The notes under the pieces are model-generated. The model was not told where the DNA came from. It did not search any database and saw only the letters and a program-made list of their open reading frames with translations. From NCBI GenBank assembly GCA_965238005.1, contig OZ250165.1, positions 928,001 through 992,000 on the forward strand: a stretch of 64,000 nt of DNA, written 5' to 3'. Position numbers and translations under genes: made by a program. This DNA is from Longimicrobiales bacterium. GTDB taxonomy: Bacteria > Gemmatimonadota > Gemmatimonadetes > Longimicrobiales > Gaopeijiaceae. This document shows positions 20,919 to 30,206 of the stretch, one piece after another. The first letter of the stretch is position 1, and every line of letters begins with the position of its first letter.

Positions 20919-22061
20919 CTAGAAGATGTTGGCCTCCACGGCTAGACCCTCTCCGAAGCGCCCGTGTCGGAACGCGCTCACGTCTACCGTATGGGCCTCT
21001 CCGTCGGCGATGAGCTCCGACACGGCCAAGCCCGTCGCTGGGGCGTGCATGATCCCATGGCCGGAGAAGCCACAGGCGTCGATCCAGGCCCAATCTCCGG
21101 GGTTGCGGCCGATGATCGGGCTGTTGTCGGGGGACACCGCGTAGTATCCCCACCAGCTCCCTTTCCGGTCCACCGCGAGCTCCTCCCACCAGGGATAGCG
21201 AGGCACCCCCGTGAGCAGAACGTGCTCCAACCAGTCCCAGTCCATTCCCTCCGTGAATCCGCACTCCTGATCCAGGTCGTCGAGGCCAAAGAGGACGCGG
21301 TTCCCCTCGCTTCGGAGGTACACGCCCGTGGTCAGGTCGATGGTCAGAGGATAGGTGCGCGGGTCCTCGATCGGAGGGCTCAGAAAGATCTGGATGCGCT
21401 TGGGTCCTACCGGCACCTCGAGGCCGGCGAGCGCGCCCATCTCAGCCGACCACGCTCCTGCGGCGTTGACGACATGCCCGCAGCGAAAGGCGCTATCGCC
21501 GCACCGGACTACCCAACCGGCCTCATCACGCTCGATCTCGGTGATGGGGGAGCTGAGCCGGTACTCCACACCCAGACCCTTTCCCATAGAGACCCACGCG
21601 TGCGTCGCCATGTGAGGATCGACGACGCCGTCCCATGGCCCGTAGGTGGCTCCCGCCAGGCCCTCGGTCTCGAAGCTCACGTAGCGCTGCGCCTCGATGG
21701 GATCGAGGACCTCTACCGGGGCGCCCATGCTCCTCTGCAGCTCGACGGACTCGAGGTGTCGCTCCCACTTCTCGTGGGGCACGAGAAGGAGGTATCCGAT
21801 GTCACGATACCCCACGTCGTGACCGTGCCGCTCAATGAACTCCCGGTAGACTGGGAGGGAGTACATGGACAGCCGGATGTTGGCCTCGGTGGTGAACTGC
21901 ACCCGCACACCGGCGGCGCTCCTCCCGGTGGAGCCCATGGCCGGAGCGACTTCCTTTTCGAGGACGATCACGCTCAGGCCCCGGGAGGCCAGGTGCCAGG
22001 CGGAGGAGGCCCCGACGATTCCGGCGCCGATGACGACGACGTCCGCTATCGTGTCGCTCAA
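20919..22061 (-). CDS. FAD-dependent oxidoreductase (DAO / sarcosine oxidase beta-like)
   Basis: VIGAGIVG, GSTGRSAAGVR, VNAAGAWS, GFSGHGIMHAP; TTG start. Confidence 0.9.
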   Translation of the reverse strand: MSDTIADVVVIGAGIVGASSAWHLASRGLSVIVLEKEVAPAMGSTGRSAAGVRVQFTTEANIRLSMYSLPVYREFIERHGHDVGYRDIGYLLLVPHEKWERHLESVELQRSMGAPVEVLDPIEAQRYVSFETEGLAGATYGPWDGVVDPHMATHAWVSMGKGLGVEYRLSSPITEIERDEAGWVVRCGDSAFRCGHVVNAAGAWSAEMGALAGLEVPVGPKRIQIFLSPPIEDPRTYPLTIDLTTGVYLRSEGNRVLFGLDDLDQECGFTEGMDWDWLEHVLLTGVPRYPWWEELAVDRKGSWWGYYAVSPDNSPIIGRNPGDWAWIDACGFSGHGIMHAPATGLAVSELIADGEAHTVDVSAFRHGRFGEGLAVEANIF

Positions 22062-22095
22062 CGGGTTCCGAGGAGCCTACTCCCCGCCCCCCCGA

Positions 22096-23193
22096 TTACC
22101 GGCCGTCGTTCCTCTCGTACCTCACGAGTTGCTGGGGTCCGACCTCCGCGCCATAGATGATGCCGTTGGCGTCGACCGCGACGCCCTCGGCCGCGCTCGT
22201 GGCCTGGGGCTCCGCTACGGGATCCGGAATGAAGTACAGAACCTGGCCCGTTATGGCGTTGCCGACCCGGATACCGCGCCGCCAACCGGGATTGCTGGTC
22301 GGGCTCGACTCGGAGTCGGCGCCGTAGAGGAGGTCGTTGTCATCGATGTAGATGCCGCTCAGGCGGCCGAACTGGTACCACTCGTCGATGAAGTGGCCTT
22401 CCTGGTCGAAGATCTGGATGCGCGCGTTCCCGCGATCGGCTACGAAGAGGCGTCCCCGGGAGTCGAAGGCCAGGCCGTGCGGCGTCCGGAAGTCGCCCGG
22501 CGCCGCGCCGATTCTGCCCCAGGACTCGAGGAAGTTGCCCTCCGAGTCGAACTTGGCGATCCGGGACGTGGTGTTCGCGTTCGCATTGGCGCTTTGACCA
22601 TCGTGTCCGTCGGCCACGTAGATGTCGCCGTTAGGCGCCGTGATGACGTCGCTCGGCTGATCGAGGAGGGCGCCCTTGCCGTCACCGGCGACGCCGGGCG
22701 TGCCCAGCGTCATGAGGAGCTCGCCTGTCGGGCTGAACTTCATGACGGTGTGTCCCTTGCCGGCCTCGCCCGGGTACTGCTCAAGCTCTTCGGCATTGGC
22801 CGCGCGGGCGTCCGTGATCCACACGTTGCCGTCGTCGTCCACATGGATCCCATGGGGCCAGAGGATCATCCCCCCGCCGAAGCTCGTGATGAGGTTTCCG
22901 TCGGTGTCGTACTTGAGGATGGGATCGGCGGTCGATCCGGCACAGCTGTTGGCCCCGCACCGATCCGCGACCCAGATCGAGGTGCCGTCCGGGTCGATGT
23001 CGACCGCGCTGGTCGAGCCCCACTCCCGTCCATCCGGCAGCACGAAGTAGTCGTTGATGGTGGTATACGGATTGGGGTGGTGGTTGGTGGGCTCGGTCAC
23101 GGGCTGCGCGGACGCAGGCACCACTCCTCCGAGCAGGACGATGGCCGCGAAGGTGGCGGTCGACGCGGGCTGGGCGAAACGTCGGTGCGACAT
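22096..23193 (-). CDS. NHL-repeat propeller, peptidyl-alpha-hydroxyglycine alpha-amidating lyase (PAL)-like, exported
   Basis: Signal peptide; WPHGIHVD, VADGHD, PHGLAFDSRGRLFVADRGNARIQIFD. Confidence 0.8.
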   Translation of the reverse strand: MSHRRFAQPASTATFAAIVLLGGVVPASAQPVTEPTNHHPNPYTTINDYFVLPDGREWGSTSAVDIDPDGTSIWVADRCGANSCAGSTADPILKYDTDGNLITSFGGGMILWPHGIHVDDDGNVWITDARAANAEELEQYPGEAGKGHTVMKFSPTGELLMTLGTPGVAGDGKGALLDQPSDVITAPNGDIYVADGHDGQSANANANTTSRIAKFDSEGNFLESWGRIGAAPGDFRTPHGLAFDSRGRLFVADRGNARIQIFDQEGHFIDEWYQFGRLSGIYIDDNDLLYGADSESSPTSNPGWRRGIRVGNAITGQVLYFIPDPVAEPQATSAAEGVAVDANGIIYGAEVGPQQLVRYERNDGR

Positions 23194-23376
23194 AGCTCTA
23201 CTCCCTGATTACCGGACCTAGGAAATCCATCACTAGCGGGGTCGACGTGGCCACCAAGATGCATCTCACTGGTACGGAGCCACAAGCATGGCACCACCCG
23301 GCCCGACTGACTACCATCTCCCTTCGACTGTGCAGGACACGGCACGTACGAGAACCACCCTAGTCAGGAGGTCCCC

Positions 23377-26043
23377 ATGCACCGGGCAGCAACCCCGCTC
23401 CTCAGTATCTGCGCGTTCGTCTTCTTCCTCGCCACTCCGACAACGGCATACGCCCAAGGGGGTCGGGACGGAGATGACGCTCCAAGTGGTCCGCCGCCGT
23501 CCATCGAGGACAAGACGGAGGGCATGCAGAAGATCGATGGCTTCATGCCGCTCTACTGGGAGGAGTCCGCCGGCAGGATCTGGATGGAGATCTCCCGGTG
23601 GGACACCGATCTGATGCACATGGCCGGGGTCGGCGCCGGGTTGGGCTCCAACGACCTCGGCATCGACCGGGGGTCAGGCGGCAACTCCCGCGCCGTGCGC
23701 TTCCACCGGGTGGGCCCCAAGGTCCTGATGGTTCAACCCAACTACCGCTTCCGTGCATTGTCGACCAACCCCAGCGAGGTGGAGGCCGTAGAGGATGCTT
23801 TTGCCCCCGCTACGCTCTATGGCTTCACGGTCGCCGCCGTGACGGGCGAGCGGGTCCTCGTGGATGCCACCGACTTCTTGATACGGGACGTCGACAACGT
23901 CGGGCGGAGGATGCGGCCCGGCACGTACCGGGTCGACCCCGGCCGGAGCGCCATCTACATACCCATGACCATGGGCTTCCCGGAGAACACCGAGATCGAG
24001 GTCTCGCTGACCTTCGCGCTGCAGCCGGGCGGGCCGAGTCGTGGCGGCGGATTCGGAGGAGGAGGCGACGCCGATGGCTTCCAAGGCGTGGGTGACGTCG
24101 CCGCCAGCGCCGAGGCGCCCACGATCCGTGTCCATCACTCTTTCATCAAGCTCCCGGAGCTCGGCACCTACCAGCCCCGCTTGTCCGATCCGCGGGCCGG
24201 GTTCGGCGGCTTGACCTACCAGGACTACTCGGCACCGCTGGGCGAGCCCATGACGAAGCGCTTCGTCCGCCGGCACCGCCTGCAGAAGCGGAATCCATCG
24301 CAGGCGGTGAGCGAGCCCGTGGAGCCCATCGTCTACTACCTCGACCCCGGGACGCCAGAGCCGATTCGCTCCGCGCTGCTGGAGGGAGCCGCTTGGTGGG
24401 ATCAAGCTTTCCAGGAGGCGGGCTTCCGCAACGGCTTCCGTGTGGAGCTCCGGCCTACGGGGATCAGCTCACACGACGTCCGCTACAACGTGATCAACTG
24501 GGTGCACCGGTCGACGCGGGGTTGGAGCTCGGGAGGGTCGGTCACGGACCCCCGCACGGGCGAGATCCTCAAAGGGAGGGTGACGCTCGGATCGCTCCGC
24601 ATCCGTCAGGACTACATGATCGCCGAGGGGCTGTTGGCCCCCTACGAGAATGGCGACGAGACGCCGCCCGAGCTCGCCGAGTGGGCTCTAGCCCGTATCA
24701 GTCAGCTCAGCGCCCACGAGGTGGGCCACACCCTGGGCCTCGGACACAACTACTACAACAGCGAGGCGGGCCGGATCTCTGTGATGGACTATCCCCATCC
24801 CCTCGTGACGCTGGAAGACGGGCGCCTCGACTACTCCGGCGTGTACGAAGCCGAGATCGGCGAGTGGGACAAGGTGGCAATCGCTTACGGATATTCGGTC
24901 TACGCGGACGAGGCCGAGGCACCCCAGGCGCTCCGGAAGATTCTGAACGACGCCTGGGCTCGTGACATCCGTTACCTCTCCAATCAGGACATGTCGGCGA
25001 ACGCGCGGGTCGATCAGTGGGCCAACGGTATGGATCCGAGCGCCGACCTCTACGGCATCATGGAGGTGCGCCGCTTCGCCCTCGATCGATTCGGTGAGCG
25101 CGCCATCAAGAAGGACAGGCCCATGGCCACCATGGAGGAGGTTCTGGTCCCGCTCTACATGCACCACCGCTACCAGGTGAGTTCGACGGCCTCTGCGGTG
25201 GGCGGCCTGCACTACATCTACGCCTTCCGCGGTGACGGACGTACTCCGGTGGAGCTCGTGCCCGCAACGGACCAGCGCGCGGCGATCCAGTCCCTGTTGG
25301 CGACCCTGGACCCGTCGGCTCTCGCCATCCCCCGGAGTGTGCTCGCCTCCTTGCCGCCCCGTCCGTCGGGCTACGGCCGCACCAGAGAGCTGTTCCCCCG
25401 ATACACGGGCGTCATGTTCGACGCGATCTCTCCGGCGGTCGTGGCGTCCGACCACACTATCTCTGAGCTCCTGCAGCCCGACCGGGCCGCGCGACTGGTG
25501 GAACAGCACGCCCTCGATCCGTCTCTGCCCGGTCTCGAGGACGTGATCACAGGGTTGCTCGGGACCACCGCGGCCGACGCCGGGGACTCTCCCTACGAGG
25601 CCGAGATACGGAGGGCCGTGCGCCGAGTTGCGATCGATCGACTGATGGCCCTCGCGGGTGGGGCTTCCATGCCCCAGGTCAGAGCTCTCGCGAACGCTTA
25701 TTTGGAGCGGGCGCGCTATCGGATCGATGAGCGGAGCGAAGGGGTGGCGAGCGGTAGCGGCCCTGTCGACCCCCAGCTCGCGAGTGATCGTCTGATCGCC
25801 CTCGACATCGGCCGGTTCCTCGATCGACCCGGAGAGTCCTACGGCTTGCAGTCGGCTCCGGGCGCGCCGCCGGGGGCCCCGATCGGAATGCCGGCGATGG
25901 ACTTCCTCGGTAGCTCAGCGTCGGCCGGTTGGGGTCTGACTCGGCCAGGGCGAACCTGGCAGGCCAGCGGTCCGAGCGGCCTCCCGTTCGGGGTGGGTTG
26001 GCTCGACCAGGTGGAGCCGTACTGTTCGCATGAAGGATGGTAG
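23377..26043 (+). CDS. Zinc-dependent metalloprotease (DUF5117/DUF4953 metzincin)
   Basis: HEVGHTLGLGHN plus Met-turn SVMDYP; PIVYYLDPGTPEP; signal peptide. Confidence 0.9.
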   Translation: MHRAATPLLSICAFVFFLATPTTAYAQGGRDGDDAPSGPPPSIEDKTEGMQKIDGFMPLYWEESAGRIWMEISRWDTDLMHMAGVGAGLGSNDLGIDRGSGGNSRAVRFHRVGPKVLMVQPNYRFRALSTNPSEVEAVEDAFAPATLYGFTVAAVTGERVLVDATDFLIRDVDNVGRRMRPGTYRVDPGRSAIYIPMTMGFPENTEIEVSLTFALQPGGPSRGGGFGGGGDADGFQGVGDVAASAEAPTIRVHHSFIKLPELGTYQPRLSDPRAGFGGLTYQDYSAPLGEPMTKRFVRRHRLQKRNPSQAVSEPVEPIVYYLDPGTPEPIRSALLEGAAWWDQAFQEAGFRNGFRVELRPTGISSHDVRYNVINWVHRSTRGWSSGGSVTDPRTGEILKGRVTLGSLRIRQDYMIAEGLLAPYENGDETPPELAEWALARISQLSAHEVGHTLGLGHNYYNSEAGRISVMDYPHPLVTLEDGRLDYSGVYEAEIGEWDKVAIAYGYSVYADEAEAPQALRKILNDAWARDIRYLSNQDMSANARVDQWANGMDPSADLYGIMEVRRFALDRFGERAIKKDRPMATMEEVLVPLYMHHRYQVSSTASAVGGLHYIYAFRGDGRTPVELVPATDQRAAIQSLLATLDPSALAIPRSVLASLPPRPSGYGRTRELFPRYTGVMFDAISPAVVASDHTISELLQPDRAARLVEQHALDPSLPGLEDVITGLLGTTAADAGDSPYEAEIRRAVRRVAIDRLMALAGGASMPQVRALANAYLERARYRIDERSEGVASGSGPVDPQLASDRLIALDIGRFLDRPGESYGLQSAPGAPPGAPIGMPAMDFLGSSASAGWGLTRPGRTWQASGPSGLPFGVGWLDQVEPYCSHEGW

Positions 26044-26078
26044 ACAGTGCGCGTGCCTCTCGACCTGAAAGACCCGTA

Positions 26079-26171
26079 ATGACCGAGAATCAAGCAAAGA
26101 AGCTTTCCGCATTGACGGTGCTGCTCGTGGTAGGCTGCACGAGCTACAAATGGCCGGGGCCCGAGCCGTGA
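26079..26171 (+). pseudogene. Lipoprotein signal-peptide stub
   Basis: MTENQAKKLSALTVLLVVGCTSYKWPGPEP*; lipobox followed by an early stop. Confidence 0.35.
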
Positions 26172-26243
26172 CCCTCGAGCAGTTCTCTTCGGATGTTCCG
26201 AAGGAGGGGTTGGGTCTAACCCCCCTGACGTCGTCCTGACCAG

Positions 26244-26760
26244 TTGCACCTCCCCATCCGGAGACGGCTCATCCTCACCGACGATCAGACTCCCGGACCG
26301 CCCGAGATTCGCGTCGACGGGCTCGCGCTCCGCTTCGGGGGAGTGACGGCTCTCGACGACGTCACCCTGACGCTTCGTCGTGGCCCCCTTCAGGCGCTGA
26401 TCGGTCCCAACGGTGCGGGCAAGACAAGCCTCCTCAACTGTCTGTGTGGGCTGTACCGACCCCAGGAGGGCACGATCACGCTCACGGACGGTCAGGGCCG
26501 GGCGCATCGTATCGACCGCCTCGCACCGCACCGGATCGCCAGGCTGGGGATCGCCCGTACGTTCCAAAACATCGAGCTATTCAAGCACATGACGGTGCTG
26601 GAGAACCTGATGCTCGGCCGGCACGTCCACATGGGAGGCAGCGTCCTGAGTTGCGGTCTCTACTGGGGGCGCCAGCAGGCGCGGGAGATCGAGCATCGGG
26701 AGGAGGTGGAGCGGATCATCGACTTTCTGGAGCTCCAGTCCATGAGGCGAAGCCGTGTGG
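26244..26760 (+). pseudogene. Branched-chain amino acid ABC ATPase (LivG-like), truncated
   Basis: FGGVTAL, GPNGAGKTS, GIARTFQNIELF, TVLENL; ends before the ABC signature and Walker B; no permease nearby. Confidence 0.8.
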
Positions 26761-26849
26761 GCAAGGGCGATGTTGGCGACCACCCACAAACTAGACGTAG
26801 AAGCCGATCTGAGTGGACAGGCAGAACGTGGCGATGGAGCCCGACACTA

Positions 26850-26967
26850 TGAGCGACGCGACGGCACATTCTTGATCGAGAACGGCCGGATCAGTCGCCC
26901 GGTGACCAACTTCCGCTTCAGCCGATCCATGGTGTTAGAGTGCGTGCCGGAGTCCCGGCGGTCGTGA
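26850..26967 (+). pseudogene. C-terminal fragment of a TldD/PmbA family protein
   Basis: RDGTFLIENGRISRPVTNFRF. Confidence 0.65.
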
Positions 26968-27004
26968 CAGACCGGTCGGGGTTTAACGTTTAGATTCCTC
27001 CGCC

Positions 27005-28957
27005 ATGATCTCCGTCTCAAATCTCGAGAAGTCGTTCGGCGACCGGACGCTGTTCACCCGTGCGTCCTTTCAGCTCAACCCGGGGGAGCGTCATGGTCTC
27101 GTGGGCGCCAACGGCTCCGGCAAGACCACGCTCCTCAACATCCTGAGCGGCGACCTGGAGGCCAGTGACGGCACGGTCTCGATCCCCAAGCGCCTGCGAA
27201 TGGGGGTCCTCCGCCAGGACCAGTTCCTCTACGAGGATCAGGAGATTCTCGAGGTCACCCTCATGGGTAACCCGGAGCTGTGGGATGCCATGGTGGAGAG
27301 GGAGGCCTTGTTGGCCAAGGCCGAGGAGCACTTCGACGCGGACCGGTTCTCAGAGCTGGAGGAGACCGTACAAAGGCACGACGGATACACTGCCGAGGCG
27401 CGGGCCGCCACGATTCTGGAGGGCCTGGGCCTACCGGCGAACGTCCATCGCGCCCGGCTTTCTACGCTGTCCGGCGGGTTCAAGCTTCGGGTCCTCCTCG
27501 CTCAGGTACTGGCAAGCTCCCCCGACGTGCTTCTTCTCGACGAGCCGACCAACCACCTCGACATCATCTCCATTCGCTGGCTCGAGACGTTCCTGCGCGA
27601 CTTCGCCGGGCCGGCGGTGGTCATCTCGCACGATCACCGATTCCTGGACAACGTAACGACGCACATCCTGGATGTGGACTACGAGACGGTGCTGCTCTAT
27701 CACGGGAACTACAGCGCCTTTCTGGAGGCGAAGCAGTCGGAGCGGGTGCGCAGGGAGAAGGATATCGTGGCCCGGGAGCGGGAGATCGCTCATCACCAGA
27801 AGTTCGTGGACCGGTTTCGGGCGAAGGCGAGCAAGGCTCGGCAGGCACAGAGCAAGGTCCGCATGATTGAGAAGAAAGCGGAGGCCCTCGAGGAGCTGCC
27901 GCAGAGCTCGCGGCGCTACCCCATCTTCCGATTCGAGCAGACGCGCGACAGCGGAAAGGAAGTCCTCAAGCTCAAGGACATCCACAAGGCGTTCGGGGAT
28001 AACGCGGTGCTCCACGGCGTGGACCTCCTCGTGAACCGGGGCGACCGGCTGGCCATAATGGGCCCTAACGGCATCGGCAAATCCACCCTCCTGAAGATCG
28101 TCATGGGCGAGCTGGCGCCCGATGACGGGGAGGTCGTATGGGGGTACGAGACCCATCCGGGCTACTTCGCCCAGGACCACCACGAGCAGTTTGAGTCCCC
28201 GACGCGCACGGCGGAGGAGTGGGTCTGGGATTTCTGCCCGGACAAGGATATCGGCTATGTACGGGGTCGGATGGGGCTGATGCTCTTCTCGGGCGACGAC
28301 GGGAAGAAGCGGCTGAGTGCGCTCTCCGGAGGGGAGGCCGCGCGCCTGGTTTTCAGCAAGTTGGCCATCGAGCGGCCGAACGTCCTGGTGTTGGACGAGC
28401 CGACCAATCACCTGGATCTCGAGTCCATCGAAGCGCTCGTCGAGGGACTCCGCGCCTTCCCGGGAACGCTCCTGCTGGTCTCGCACGATCGCTGGTTCGT
28501 GAGCCAGCTGGCCACCCGCGTCGTGGAGATCAAGCCCGACGACATCGTCGACTATCTGGGCACGTACGAGGAGTATGTGCACTTCTGCGGCGACGACCAT
28601 CTGGACGCCGACCGGGTGATTCTCAAGGCCAAGCGTGAGAAGCGGAAGATGGCAAAGGCGGACGCGGCCGACGCTTCGATCAACGGGAGCGGTGGCCGGA
28701 AGTCGAAGACGGAGAAGAGCCGGATCCAGAAGAGCCGGATCCAGAAGAGCCTCGACGCCCTGATAGCTCGCATCGAGACAGCCGAAGCCCGTGTCCAGGA
28801 AATCGACGAGCTCTTTTGCCGCCCCGACTACTACGAGCAGACTCCGCCTGACGACGTGAGGGCGCTGGAAGACGAGCGGTCCCGCCTGCAGGGTGACGTG
28901 GCCGATCTCTTAGCCGAGTGGGAGAGGACCGAGGGGGAGATGGGCACGCTGGAGTAG
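27005..28957 (+). CDS. ABC-F family ATP-binding protein
   Basis: Two NBDs (GANGSGKT/LSGG/LLLDEPTNHLD and GPNGIGKS/LSGGE/VLDEPTNHLD), linker RFRAKASKARQAQS, C-terminal coiled coil, no TM segments. Confidence 0.95.
   Translation: MISVSNLEKSFGDRTLFTRASFQLNPGERHGLVGANGSGKTTLLNILSGDLEASDGTVSIPKRLRMGVLRQDQFLYEDQEILEVTLMGNPELWDAMVEREALLAKAEEHFDADRFSELEETVQRHDGYTAEARAATILEGLGLPANVHRARLSTLSGGFKLRVLLAQVLASSPDVLLLDEPTNHLDIISIRWLETFLRDFAGPAVVISHDHRFLDNVTTHILDVDYETVLLYHGNYSAFLEAKQSERVRREKDIVAREREIAHHQKFVDRFRAKASKARQAQSKVRMIEKKAEALEELPQSSRRYPIFRFEQTRDSGKEVLKLKDIHKAFGDNAVLHGVDLLVNRGDRLAIMGPNGIGKSTLLKIVMGELAPDDGEVVWGYETHPGYFAQDHHEQFESPTRTAEEWVWDFCPDKDIGYVRGRMGLMLFSGDDGKKRLSALSGGEAARLVFSKLAIERPNVLVLDEPTNHLDLESIEALVEGLRAFPGTLLLVSHDRWFVSQLATRVVEIKPDDIVDYLGTYEEYVHFCGDDHLDADRVILKAKREKRKMAKADAADASINGSGGRKSKTEKSRIQKSRIQKSLDALIARIETAEARVQEIDELFCRPDYYEQTPPDDVRALEDERSRLQGDVADLLAEWERTEGEMGTLE
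28713..28751 (+). repeat. 15-bp tandem repeat, 2.6 copies of AGAAGAGCCGGATCC (KSRIQ)
   Basis: Perfect copies at 28713 and 28728, partial at 28743. Confidence 0.9.
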
Positions 28958-29196
28958 GCCGGCGGATCAGCCGGTGCCGACTCCGAGCGCAGCGGTCGGA
29001 CTCGGCGGACACCGAGAGGGAACTAGGGCCGTGGGATTGTGTTTTCTCACATCCGGCCCCCTATTTGCCGGTGGTTCGGCAGCCCCTTCTGAGGAGAGAC
29101 GAGCGTGATGAGGCGAGGACGCCTGACATGGCTTTCGGCGCCGGTGGTTGTATCCGGGCCGGTCACCGTCAACGCTCCTCCCGATCCGGTCGGAAG

Positions 29197-29751
29197 TTGA
29201 TCCGAGAGACTTGGCCGTGGTGGGTCGGTGGTCCGCTGATCGGTCTGGTGGTTCCGGTGGTCTACCTGTACGGAGGGAGGAAGTGGGGCGTCTCGTCGAC
29301 CCTCCGCCATCTGTGTGCTGCCACCGTTCCCGCCGGACTCGAGTACTTCCGCTACGACTGGAGGTCCCGGGGCGGATGGCAGCTCCTCATGGCCCTGGGC
29401 ACGGTACTCGGCGCAGCGATTGCCAGCGCCTTCCTCGCGTCGCCCGATCCCGTCCTGCCCATCTCGGAGCGTACCTGGGCCGCACTCTCGGAGCTGGGGC
29501 TTCAGGACCGGAAGGGCTTGGTGCCCCTGTCGCTCTTTTCGTGGGGCGGCCTCACCACCCGAGCGGGATTCCTCCTGATCGTCGTCGGCGGATTCCTGGT
29601 GGGCTTCGGCACCCGCTACGCGAACGGCTGCACCTCCGGCCACGCGATCTCGGGACTTTCGAACCTCCAGCGCTCGTCTCTGGCGGCTGTGGTCGGATTC
29701 TTCGTGGGCGGTCTCATCGTCACGCATTTTCTTCTTCCGCTGATCCTCTGA
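29197..29751 (+). CDS. YeeE/YedE sulfur-compound transporter subunit (start uncertain)
   Basis: WPWWVGGPLIG, WGVSSTLRHLCA, GFGTRYANGCTSGHAISG. Confidence 0.88.
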   Translation: MIRETWPWWVGGPLIGLVVPVVYLYGGRKWGVSSTLRHLCAATVPAGLEYFRYDWRSRGGWQLLMALGTVLGAAIASAFLASPDPVLPISERTWAALSELGLQDRKGLVPLSLFSWGGLTTRAGFLLIVVGGFLVGFGTRYANGCTSGHAISGLSNLQRSSLAAVVGFFVGGLIVTHFLLPLIL

Positions 29752-29754
29752 CCG

Positions 29755-30204
29755 ATGACCGAGCAGACGCTGAACCGACACGAGCCCGGGTGGCCGTACC
29801 TCCTGCTGGGCGTCTACCTGGGAGTGGTCTTTCTCAAGACCGAGGCGGTCTCCTGGTTCAGGATCCAGGAGATGTTCCGCTTTCACGCCTTCCACATGTA
29901 TGGGATCATCGGTGGGGCGGTGTCGGTCGGGGCCCTGGGTGTCTTCCTGATCAAGCGGGCCGGTGCCCGGACCCTGACGGGACGGCCCATCGTCTTCCCG
30001 ACCCCCGAGGACACCCGACCTGGGCCACAGCACTGGATCGGTGGTACGATCTTCGGTCTCGGGTGGGGCCTGCTGGGCGCCTGTCCCGGTCCGATCTACG
30101 CACTCATCGGTGCCGGCGTCTGGGTGATGGTAGTGGGGCTGCTAGCGGCGATGGCGGGTGCCTGGGTATACGGGTTCCTACGACCCCGACTTCCCCACAG
30201 CTGA
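29755..30204 (+). CDS. YeeE/YedE family partner subunit
   Basis: SWFRIQEMFRF, IFGLGWGLLGACPGP. Confidence 0.88.
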   Translation: MTEQTLNRHEPGWPYLLLGVYLGVVFLKTEAVSWFRIQEMFRFHAFHMYGIIGGAVSVGALGVFLIKRAGARTLTGRPIVFPTPEDTRPGPQHWIGGTIFGLGWGLLGACPGPIYALIGAGVWVMVVGLLAAMAGAWVYGFLRPRLPHS

Positions 30205-30206
30205 CT

